DNA of 64,000 bases from Ignisphaera sp. (lineage in GTDB: Archaea; Thermoproteota; Thermoprotei_A; Sulfolobales; Ignisphaeraceae): assembly GCA_038892955.1 (NCBI GenBank), contig JAWASI010000001.1, positions 48,841-112,840 on the forward strand. The letters are read 5' to 3'. Both the position numbers and the translations under genes were made by a program. The notes under the pieces were generated by a model. The model had not been told where the DNA came from, searched no databases, and worked only from the letters and a program-made list of their open reading frames with translations. Below, in pieces: positions 10,616 through 19,158 of this stretch; positions within the stretch are counted from its first letter, which is position 1, and every line of letters starts with the position of its first letter.

Positions 10616-10765
10616 AGTTTTAATTCACCTATCCTATGTCTTGGTTAAGCATTGTTCACCTATATAAGGTGAGTGCCTACACACGTATACACGGGTTATA
10701 TACATTTGTATACATTTGTGTTCATCTGAATCCTCTTTTTAGCTATGCTCTATATGGGGTGAGCT

Positions 10766-11227
10766 ATGCTTAGAACCAGCACATTCATGTACTTAAAAGG
10801 TGTTTCAGGATTCATTGCTTTTACTGTACTACTTGTGATTTCATCTGCTCTAGCTCTCTATATATACACCTATTCATCAAACCTATACCTTGTGTATAAA
10901 CCTAAGCATAGTTACGTCTATGGATATGCTCTATGCTATAATGTATCAGCATTAAAACTAGTAATCGAAGATGGTATCGAGATATGTGGAAACATCTATA
11001 GAACTCCAGGTGATGTTAAGCTTAGTAGTACTAAGTACTTATGTATATTTAGAGTTGGTAAATCTATCAATTTAACTATCGTATATGAAAACTTCGTAGA
11101 AGTTTTATACATAAACAGGAGTTGCCTCTATCTTTCTAACAGTATTCCTTTAACTGTCCATGGATATAATGGAAACTCTGAAGTAGTAGTCCTTGAGGTA
11201 AAAACGTATGATCCGTGGACAAAGTGA
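10766..11227 (+). CDS. Pilin/archaellin-like protein with class III signal peptide
   Basis: LKG|VSGFIAFTVLLVISSALAL at the N-terminus. Confidence 0.55.
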   Translation: MLRTSTFMYLKGVSGFIAFTVLLVISSALALYIYTYSSNLYLVYKPKHSYVYGYALCYNVSALKLVIEDGIEICGNIYRTPGDVKLSSTKYLCIFRVGKSINLTIVYENFVEVLYINRSCLYLSNSIPLTVHGYNGNSEVVVLEVKTYDPWTK

Positions 11228-12377
11228 ATACATAGGAGCTGTTGTTCTGGCAACATTAACCATAATCGTGGTTTACGTCGCATCGGAATGGCTAAGCCTT
11301 ATACATAGTGTCTCTAAAAATGCTGTAGAAGTTGTTGAAAATATGAAGGAAGTTATAGATGTTGCTTTTAATGACGGAAACGTTACTATTTTCAATAGAA
11401 GTCCTAGGAAGAGCTATATTGAGTTAATGTATGTAAAGTTATTGAATGGCACCATAGTCATTAAAAAAGTTGATACTTATGTAGCTCCAGGAAAATCTAT
11501 TGATTTCTATTTAGGCTACAAATACGACAATGCTTATTCCGTTTGTATAGAGACCGCTAACGGTAATGTATTCTGTGGCTATAAAACACACTATACAGCT
11601 TATTCACATATAGAGTACTGGAGCTACGAAAGGTTGCCACCTACTTATCTAAGCTTTGATCCTGTAAACCATGTTCCTTATAGAGCGAAAAGAGTTATAG
11701 CACCTAATACCTACTTCTACGTATATGCTGTACCTGTTAACCATGTAGCTATAGCGACAGCTGAAGACGAGATGCTTCAAGCGTTTAATATATACGTAAA
11801 CACAGATTTTAGCGACATAAACGAAGGTAAGTATATTATTATACTTGCAAACAACGGGGTTAAAATTAATAACTTATCCAATCTAGTTGATCACAACGAC
11901 TATACTTCTGCTCTTTACTGGGATATTACAAAAAATGACTATGTTTTGGATGTATGTATAGATTTAAGCGAAATTGAAACAGGGTGGTTCTACATACACT
12001 ATATCCCCAAAGGTGGGTTAAGAGGAGAATATTCCTCCTATATGTTCATAACAGTATCGAACAATTCTTGCAAAGATCATCAAAACAACAATAAAACAAT
12101 ATACTTCAGGTTTTGGCAAGGTGAATCGCGAACCAGGGTATCTGCTGTATGGCTAGTTACAGCTAGAAGCATAAGGGTATATTCCTACCAATACACTATA
12201 GACCTATATTCGCTAGAGTTCTATCCATACAATATAACAAGAAATATTCTAGGCTTTCCTTCGTCTATCTATAGAAACCCTATTGCAACAACGTTATCCG
12301 TATTTGTGTTAAGCAATACTCATATACAAATACTAGAGCTAACCATGGTCCCTAAACTAGATGACACCAATAATTAA
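11208..12377 (+). CDS. Large pilin-like (class III signal peptide) secreted protein
   Basis: MIRG|QSEYIGAVVLATLTIIVV followed by a beta-rich domain with sequons. Confidence 0.6.
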   Translation: MIRGQSEYIGAVVLATLTIIVVYVASEWLSLIHSVSKNAVEVVENMKEVIDVAFNDGNVTIFNRSPRKSYIELMYVKLLNGTIVIKKVDTYVAPGKSIDFYLGYKYDNAYSVCIETANGNVFCGYKTHYTAYSHIEYWSYERLPPTYLSFDPVNHVPYRAKRVIAPNTYFYVYAVPVNHVAIATAEDEMLQAFNIYVNTDFSDINEGKYIIILANNGVKINNLSNLVDHNDYTSALYWDITKNDYVLDVCIDLSEIETGWFYIHYIPKGGLRGEYSSYMFITVSNNSCKDHQNNNKTIYFRFWQGESRTRVSAVWLVTARSIRVYSYQYTIDLYSLEFYPYNITRNILGFPSSIYRNPIATTLSVFVLSNTHIQILELTMVPKLDDTNN

Positions 12378-12391
12378 TGGTGAGCTGCTGC

Positions 12392-12447
12392 CTTCAGCCA
12401 AAGGGGTCCCATCATCTTCTCTCCTAGGCCTGCGTTAATCATCATCT
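12392..12447 (-). ncRNA. C/D box sRNA candidate
   Basis: ATGATGA-TTAACGCAGGC-(degenerate D')-...ATGATG-GGACCCCTTTGG-CTGA, ~55 nt, intergenic. Confidence 0.7.
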
Positions 12448-12547
12448 ACATCAGTAAATATAACAGGTATTTTTAAGTTAAGTTAGTCCATCACCTGAAT
12501 TTTGGTAACAACATTCTATACTACAGCTAAACAAATTAATTTAGATA

Positions 12548-12621
12548 TGGGCCCGCGGGGATTCGAACCCCGGACCTCCGCCTCGTGAGGGCGGCGTCCT
12601 ACCAGGCTAGACGACGGGCCC
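12548..12621 (-). tRNA. tRNA-Val(CAC)
   Basis: Cloverleaf GGGCCCG...CCGCC CT-CAC-GA GGCGG...TTCGAAT...CGGGCCC A. Confidence 0.97.
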
Positions 12622-12895
12622 ACTAGAGGATGTATAGCTCTAGACATTTTACGCATCATTGCTTAGCTCAGTTTACACCATCTGCTTCTTATGTTGTTAT
12701 TCGCTATGTTTTAGTAGTATTGAGGATTTAAATTTATTTGCAATATCCCTTTATTAGCTTGCTGAATAATGCTTCTTCAACTCTTCTAAAAATTTTAATT
12801 ACGTACTCTATTCGTGGTATTTATTGTACAGCTGAATTAATTGTGATTTTCGGTTGATGTATTTAATAGTATTTAGATATGAGTTGTGTCTTAAT

Positions 12896-13486
12896 TTACT
12901 CTTTGTGATGTAGAATCATTTTATGTAGTAACTCAATTAGCTTTTTATTTCCTAAGGAGTTTCTATCGATGTTGAATAATTTTATTTGAGCTAACTCTAT
13001 TTCTTCATCTGTTAATGCTTTTGCATATTCCTCTAGTTTATCTCTATTCAATGCAATAAATTGTTCACCCCACCTAAAGCTACCTAGAACCTCTAATGCT
13101 AATCCTCTAAAGTTTACTATATACAAAGTAGCCGCAATTGCTTCTACTGTACTTAGTTTAAACGGTTTTCCATAGTTAACAGGGTTCGCTGCTATTAATA
13201 GAGGTAGTACTCTTTGAACTCCTCGTTTAATTGACTTAAGCATACCAACACCTTTTCTCCACGAAACATCTACAGCCGTCACCCCACATTTTTCTATGTA
13301 AACTCTATCGCTATATTTAACATAGCTTTCCGCAAATGGATTTAAGACTATGCTACAAGGTGGTATTTCTTTTAATCTCATTATACGGATTGCTAGACCT
13401 TTCTTAATGAGTTTTTCAGCTGTACACATATCCGGTAAATCTTCACCTTTGGTTAACACATATATCTTGATCTCCATGTCTATCAT
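12896..13486 (-). CDS. tsr3: 16S rRNA aminocarboxypropyltransferase Tsr3
   Basis: D.SW, R.LP.L.AANPVNYGKP.KLSTVEA, F.WG..F. Confidence 0.93.
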   Translation of the reverse strand: MIDMEIKIYVLTKGEDLPDMCTAEKLIKKGLAIRIMRLKEIPPCSIVLNPFAESYVKYSDRVYIEKCGVTAVDVSWRKGVGMLKSIKRGVQRVLPLLIAANPVNYGKPFKLSTVEAIAATLYIVNFRGLALEVLGSFRWGEQFIALNRDKLEEYAKALTDEEIELAQIKLFNIDRNSLGNKKLIELLHKMILHHKE

Positions 13487-13562
13487 TCACAGAGTTTATG
13501 CTCTTTCTCGTCAGCTGTATACTCAACTACGTTTTTATACCCTATACAACGTATAACCTTGG

Positions 13563-13820
13563 GTGCATAGCGCATTGCCGAAGGCATTAATACTGGTAAA
13601 TACTGAGGTAGGAGCAGAAGAAGAGGTATTTGAGACTATAAAAAATTTAGAAGGGGTTAAAAATGTTAGCTTAGTTTATGGTATATACGATCTGTTCATA
13701 GAGATAGAGTCTGATAATGTTGAGAAACTCAAGGATATAATAACCTCAAAGATTAGGAAAATCCCTAAGGTTAAATCTACAATAACTATGATAGTGGTTT
13801 CAACAGACGTTAAAGCATAG
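13563..13820 (+). CDS. Stand-alone Lrp/AsnC ligand-binding (RAM) domain protein
   Basis: ALILVNTEVG...VYGIYD...IRKIPKVKSTITMIV. Likely TTG start at MPKA. Confidence 0.85.
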   Translation: MHSALPKALILVNTEVGAEEEVFETIKNLEGVKNVSLVYGIYDLFIEIESDNVEKLKDIITSKIRKIPKVKSTITMIVVSTDVKA

Positions 13821-13827
13821 CATAATC

Positions 13828-15231
13828 ATGACAACCTCTAGCGAAGAAAAATGCGTAGTTCATATAGGGTTAGACGACTTCGACCTCTATCTCTATGGCT
13901 GTACTACACATGCTTCAACATATCTTCTTAACGAATTAGCTAAATATATACCGCTGCATTTACTTGATTACCCAAACTTAGTAAGATTGAATCCTTCTAT
14001 TCCTTGGAAAACGCGTGGTAATGGAGCTATAGCACTACGGGTAGAAATCCCTTGTACTTACATAGATAAAATAATAGAATTAACAGAAAAAATATTAATG
14101 GGTTACTACGAAAAACTAAGCACTACATTAAACATAGAGGTAAGTGAGCTAGGAGTTAACCCTGGCGTTATTATAGCTTTAGATCCTTTGCCTAACGTAT
14201 TCCACAAAATATATATACTAGCTTTAACCGATGTTATACCCTATGATATTGCATTAAGTAGAATAAAAAACCAAAACAATGTATTCATTGTTGAGTCGTT
14301 TTATGGAAGAGGGATAGTAGGGGCAGCCGCCGCAATAGGCTGGATCAAACATGATTCTGACTACACCTACGAATTAATTACATATAGATCAACTCAACAA
14401 TACCTAGAACCTCGTTGCTTAGACGTTAAGTCGGTTATAAAATTAGATGAATTACTACATACATCAACTTTCAATAACATAGACCCTGAAACAGGTAAAA
14501 TACTTATAGCGCCTCATAGCTTTGATCCTGTACTCTACGGTATAAGAGGAGATTATGTAGATGAATTAATTAAAGCACTAAACATTGTAAAAACATGTGA
14601 ACCTATTACTGCATGGACTTTATTCAGGTCTAATCAAGCTACAGATGCACATGCAATAGTTAGAAATGTAAATGAGTTAAGAATGTATAGAACAGCAAAA
14701 CTTAAAATAAGGGTGCTTAGTAGACCTGTTATAATTCATGGAGGACATGTTATCCTAAGAGCTGGTGATACAACTGGGTCCATAGACTTAGTATTCTTTA
14801 AACCTTCTAAGTTAGATAATATAGCTAAAAAACTTACCATAGGCGATGAAATAGTTGTGCAAGGACATGTAAAACCATGGAAAGATGTGCCATGCTTTCA
14901 TGTAGAAAAACTTGTTATTGTTAAGCTATCCAAATTATATCAATGCAACGCACCTCGTTGTCCATTGTGCAGTAAAAGAATGACAAAAAGCGGTTTTGGC
15001 AAAGGTTATAAATGTCCATATTGTGGATATACGTCATATTCGCTGCAACCAGAATGTAGAGAAATAATGCGAATGATTGATAAAAGACTTTATTTACCTC
15101 CGCCATCAGAGCAAAAACACCTAATTAAGCCTCTTCAACGATATGGAAAAGAAAAAATATCGCATCCACATCTTAAACCAAAACCGCTAAGCGTGGTCTC
15201 CAAAATTATTGAACCCCGTTGGTTCCTGTAG
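13828..15231 (+). CDS. tiaS: tRNA(Ile2) agmatinylcytidine synthase
   Basis: IGLDD...GCTTH, LVRLNPSIPWKTRGN, NQATDAH, C-terminal Zn ribbon, HLIKPL.RY. Confidence 0.95.
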   Translation: MTTSSEEKCVVHIGLDDFDLYLYGCTTHASTYLLNELAKYIPLHLLDYPNLVRLNPSIPWKTRGNGAIALRVEIPCTYIDKIIELTEKILMGYYEKLSTTLNIEVSELGVNPGVIIALDPLPNVFHKIYILALTDVIPYDIALSRIKNQNNVFIVESFYGRGIVGAAAAIGWIKHDSDYTYELITYRSTQQYLEPRCLDVKSVIKLDELLHTSTFNNIDPETGKILIAPHSFDPVLYGIRGDYVDELIKALNIVKTCEPITAWTLFRSNQATDAHAIVRNVNELRMYRTAKLKIRVLSRPVIIHGGHVILRAGDTTGSIDLVFFKPSKLDNIAKKLTIGDEIVVQGHVKPWKDVPCFHVEKLVIVKLSKLYQCNAPRCPLCSKRMTKSGFGKGYKCPYCGYTSYSLQPECREIMRMIDKRLYLPPPSEQKHLIKPLQRYGKEKISHPHLKPKPLSVVSKIIEPRWFL

Positions 15232-15527
15232 AGAACACTATTATCCCACTAACTTACAGACCCCTTAACTTCTTGTAGAAGTGGTGTAACAATATACGAT
15301 ACAATTTTATATTCAATTATAAAATTAAATCCGTTTAATAAAATTTTCAAGATATATTAGTATTGACCAAATAATCTTTATACAAACTGTAATACAAATC
15401 TGTATTACAGAAATCTTAATCAATATTACAAAAGTTGTGGTGGGGTCTAGAACTAAAACAACATACCATTCAATTCGATATACTGTATTTCTTCAGGATA
15501 TTACTGACCCTTGTGTTTCCTGTAGAA
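15213..15527. other. Putative replication origin (three ORB elements flanking an AT-rich unwinding region)
   Basis: Minus-strand 21-mers CTCTACAGGAACCAACGGGGT (15213-15233), TTCTACAAGAAGTTAAGGGGT (15260-15280), TTCTACAGGAAACACAAGGGT (15507-15527). AT-rich stretch ~15290-15430. Confidence 0.75.
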
Positions 15528-15539
15528 AAGTTGTTGCTG

Positions 15540-15858
15540 GAGCCCGACCCGCAATAACCCGTCTTCTGTCTTAGACAACATTAGGCTTAGCGGGTTCCCA
15601 GCCCTCATACGGATTTCACTGGGCTGGATCCTTACTCTCCAGAGGACGGCCGTTTCACTGCTCCCGCAAACCTCGTCAACGGGTTCTGTCCCCTAGTTAC
15701 CTAGGGAACCTCACCGCATCATCCTCATCGGTTCGCGGACATGTCGTTTCTGTGCCGGAGCCCAGGTATTACCCTGGCCCCTTGCGGGGCTCTGGTTCCG
15801 TACAGAGGACGGTGTTTCCTCGGAGCATAAGCTCCGTAGTTGTCTGCGGGTCGGGCTC
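15540..15858 (-). ncRNA. rnpB: RNase P RNA (archaeal type A)
   Basis: P1 GAGCCCGACCCGCA/TGCGGGTCGGGCTC; CR-I GAGGAAAC; ACAGAAAC; GTGAAACGG; CR-V ACAGAAGACGGGTTA; GC-rich. Confidence 0.95.
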
Positions 15859-15974
15859 TGGCAATATTAGATATACTCTTTATAAAATTAATAAACATTG
15901 ATATAGATCAGAGGTCTATAAGTTTAAATGTGGTAGGTGGAGAGTTCGGATGTAATTATCTACATTTATACTGT

Positions 15975-16145
15975 CTATGGTTTGATTAAAATTCTTGAGA
16001 TAAGTACAATTACTACGGTTACATATGTTAAGAGTAGTATTACATATGGCGGAATTTTTATCTTTTCTTCTACTTCTTCGTAAAATCTTACTAGACCTAC
16101 GTAGCTTGCTATAGATGGTCCCTGACGTTTTTTACGGCTCGACAT
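15975..16145 (-). CDS. secG: Preprotein translocase subunit Sec61beta/SecG
   Basis: GLVRFYEE...KIPP followed by a TM helix; GAGGTG SD before ATG at 16145. Confidence 0.9.
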   Translation of the reverse strand: MSSRKKRQGPSIASYVGLVRFYEEVEEKIKIPPYVILLLTYVTVVIVLISRILIKP

Positions 16146-16227
16146 ACGCTGGCACCTCTTCAATTTAAGGTATATACTGTAAGAGTTATTAAATTGTTTT
16201 TAACTTTTTATTTATGAGAGGTATTTT

Positions 16228-16590
16228 ATGGAGAATTTGTGCTCAGAAAATATCTTGAAAATGTTTGAGGGATATGATAGAATTTTAGAGGCTTTAGCTA
16301 AGAAGAGATTTGTTGTATTAAGTTCTCAAGGTTTAGTCGTATATGTGTTTAAGGGTGTTAAACGAGATTACATTGTTTCACCTTGTAAACTTTGTACATG
16401 CGATGATTTTGTGATAAATTACATTGGCAAATCTCGTTCAACTCCATGTTATCACGTTATTGGGTTTGAGATCGCTGAAAAACAGAATAAGCTTGTGAAA
16501 GTAGAATTGGATTATTCTACCTTAGCTAAGGTAGTAGAGGAGATAATTTTTGAGGGAGTCTCTATAATGCTTAGAAAGTTATTAAGGTAG
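16228..16590 (+). CDS. SWIM zinc-finger protein
   Basis: CTCDDF...PCYH. Confidence 0.75.
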   Translation: MENLCSENILKMFEGYDRILEALAKKRFVVLSSQGLVVYVFKGVKRDYIVSPCKLCTCDDFVINYIGKSRSTPCYHVIGFEIAEKQNKLVKVELDYSTLAKVVEEIIFEGVSIMLRKLLR

Positions 16591-16626
16591 GCTTAAATTT
16601 ACTTTATAAGTGTTGGTTAGAGCATT

Positions 16627-17379
16627 ATGAAATGGAGAGGTAGAGTTTTTAAACATATAGTTAACTTAATTGAAAACGGCGAAAAAATTCACTTTACATT
16701 AGTAGACCCAGAGAAAATACATGTTACTGAAGATCTAAAGAATATACTTAAACTTGTTGTTGATGCTGGAACAGATGCTATTTTGATTGGGGGAAGCCTA
16801 CAAGTTTATAGCGATGATGTTACAGCAATAGCTAAACTAATTGAAGAATTCGATAGACCGTCAATACTCTTCCCCGGTAGTATAGCAGGTATATCGCCTT
16901 ACGCAGATGCTATTTTATTCATATCACTACTTAATTCTGACAACATTTACTACGTTGTAGGGGCTCAAGTAGTAGCTGCCCCAATAATAAGGAGGTTTAA
17001 GCTCGAGGTTCTACCTACAGGCTACATTATAATAGGATCCTTTAATACATCTGTAAGCTTCATGGGTAGGGCTAGACCTATCCCCAGAAATAAACCAGCA
17101 ATAGCAGCAGCATATGCTTTAGCGGCCAAGTACATGGGTATGAAGTTTGTGTATCTTGAAGCAGGTTCTGGTGCACGAAAATGTGTACCAGCAGAAATGG
17201 TTTCAATGGTTAAGAAAGTTGTAGAAGACATGGTAGTTATCGTTGGAGGCGGTATTAGAGATCCAGAGAAAGCTCTAATGTTAGCAAAAGCTGGAGCAGA
17301 TATAATTGTCACGGGTACCATAGTTGAGAAGGATATTAAAAAAGCTTCAGAGATTATATCTAAGCTAAAGCATAGATAA
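16627..17379 (+). CDS. Geranylgeranylglyceryl phosphate synthase
   Basis: LVDPEK, IGGS, FPG, YLEAGSGA, VGGGIR. Confidence 0.93.
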   Translation: MKWRGRVFKHIVNLIENGEKIHFTLVDPEKIHVTEDLKNILKLVVDAGTDAILIGGSLQVYSDDVTAIAKLIEEFDRPSILFPGSIAGISPYADAILFISLLNSDNIYYVVGAQVVAAPIIRRFKLEVLPTGYIIIGSFNTSVSFMGRARPIPRNKPAIAAAYALAAKYMGMKFVYLEAGSGARKCVPAEMVSMVKKVVEDMVVIVGGGIRDPEKALMLAKAGADIIVTGTIVEKDIKKASEIISKLKHR

Positions 17380-17473
17380 CCAAGATCTGACTAGAAATAT
17401 GCGTTGAAGATAGTTAAAAGTTAAACAAAGTTAAGCGTAGCATAGCTAGAAAACATGGTACAAAAATTGTATG

Positions 17474-18535
17474 TTATTTTATGCCTAAAATTTTCTTGAT
17501 GGTTACTGTATAGGGAGCTTTAACAATACCTTTCTCGGTTATAATTGCTGTTACAAGATCTGGTGGAACTATATCGAATGAAGGGTTGTATACAGCTACA
17601 TCTTCTACTGTTATATTGATTTTCCCTAGAACTTTCCTTACTTCTTCTGGATTTCTCTCCTCTATAATTACCTTATCTACAGGGGTGTAGGGATCTATGG
17701 TTGATGTAGGTGCTACTACATAGAATGGAATGCCATGTCTTTTAGCTGCTATAGCTATTGTGTAAGTACCTATTTTATTAATTACATGTCCATCAATTAA
17801 TATCCTGTCAGCACCAACTATAACCTTATCTACTAGCCCTCTATACATTATGTATCCAACCATATTATCAGTTATAAGTGTTACAGGTATTCCTTCTTTC
17901 TTTAGCTCCCATACAGTAAGTCTAGCTCCTTGAAGCATGGGTCTAGTTTCCGTTGCAATTACCTTTATCTTCTTCCCTTTATACCAAGCTATTCGTATTA
18001 TAGCTAGAGCGGTGCCTAAGGCAACAGTAGCTAAAGCTCCAGCATTGCAGTGGGTTAGTATAGTATCCCCATCATCTACGAGTTTTTCTCCAAATTCACC
18101 TATACGTGTATTAATTTCGATGTCTTGTTGATAGATTTCGAGAGCTTTACTAATTACCGCAATCTTAAGCTCATTAACATCAGCATAATTTTTGTTGAGC
18201 ACCTCTTCCATTTGCTTTAAAGCCCAAAATAGGTTATACGCTGTAGGTCTGGTTTTACGCAGTCTATCTATAGCTTTAAATGCTAATGCTTTAACATGGT
18301 CTACGTCAGCCGATGAAGTGTTGTATATAGTTGCAGCTACGGCAAGTGCTGCTGCTACACCTATAGCTGGAGCACCTCTGATCTCCATATCTTCTATTGC
18401 TTTAGCTATTCTTTCGTAGTTGCCGCTCTCTTCATATGCTTCGATTTCGGGTAGAAGTTTTGTGTTAATCCATTTAACTTTCCCGTTAACCCACTCTAGA
18501 GCTTTAATTTTAATAGGATATAAACCCATCTTCAC
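17474..18535 (-). CDS. mtnA: S-methyl-5-thioribose-1-phosphate isomerase (eIF-2B alpha family)
   Basis: IRGAPAIG, RPTAYNL, THCNAGALAT, ETRP, GADRI, NKIGT. Confidence 0.88.
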   Translation of the reverse strand: MKMGLYPIKIKALEWVNGKVKWINTKLLPEIEAYEESGNYERIAKAIEDMEIRGAPAIGVAAALAVAATIYNTSSADVDHVKALAFKAIDRLRKTRPTAYNLFWALKQMEEVLNKNYADVNELKIAVISKALEIYQQDIEINTRIGEFGEKLVDDGDTILTHCNAGALATVALGTALAIIRIAWYKGKKIKVIATETRPMLQGARLTVWELKKEGIPVTLITDNMVGYIMYRGLVDKVIVGADRILIDGHVINKIGTYTIAIAAKRHGIPFYVVAPTSTIDPYTPVDKVIIEERNPEEVRKVLGKINITVEDVAVYNPSFDIVPPDLVTAIITEKGIVKAPYTVTIKKILGIK

Positions 18536-18666
18536 ACCCTATCTTAAACCTACGTAGAAGTTTATCCAAAGTGCAAATTAAATTCTTACTAGCTCTATAA
18601 AGCACACATAATCATATGAAGAGATAAGCTGAATACATAGTTATAAGTCAATGATAAGGGTTCGTC

Positions 18667-19158
18667 ATGATTAACAATATCGTAGCTAAGTATGTTAACG
18701 GAAAAGCTTACGCTATACGCGTTCCCCAGAGTATTGTCGAGAAATACGGATTAATTGAAGGAAGAGAAATACCATTACCCCTTCTATTTCATTTGGTTTA
18801 TACAGGTAAAGCTGAGGTATACAACGAAAGAGGTGAAAAAATATTATTTGAAGATTTGGTGAAATCCATAAATGATGTAGATGTTTTTTCAGCTTTTATT
18901 GTTTTACATGATTTGGTGAAAAGAGGTAAAAAAGTTAGTGTTGGAGAGAATAACAGAGAACTTCTGCTTACTGACGAGAAAACCAAGGTTTATGTACTCG
19001 ATGAAGACTCATACATATCTGCTGAAGACTTGTATATAATTGTAGACAAGGCTATTAAGCAGGAATATAGGTTAATTATAGCGGTAGTCGACATTAATGG
19101 CGAGATTACATACTACGAGGTAAACAAAATGGATTTCCCAAAGATTGAAAGGAGGTGA
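18667..19158 (+). CDS. tRNA-splicing endonuclease structural (non-catalytic) subunit, probable
   Basis: F.V..DL.KRG and C-terminal IIAVVD.NGEITYYE; lacks the catalytic His/Lys region. Confidence 0.7.
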   Translation: MINNIVAKYVNGKAYAIRVPQSIVEKYGLIEGREIPLPLLFHLVYTGKAEVYNERGEKILFEDLVKSINDVDVFSAFIVLHDLVKRGKKVSVGENNRELLLTDEKTKVYVLDEDSYISAEDLYIIVDKAIKQEYRLIIAVVDINGEITYYEVNKMDFPKIERR

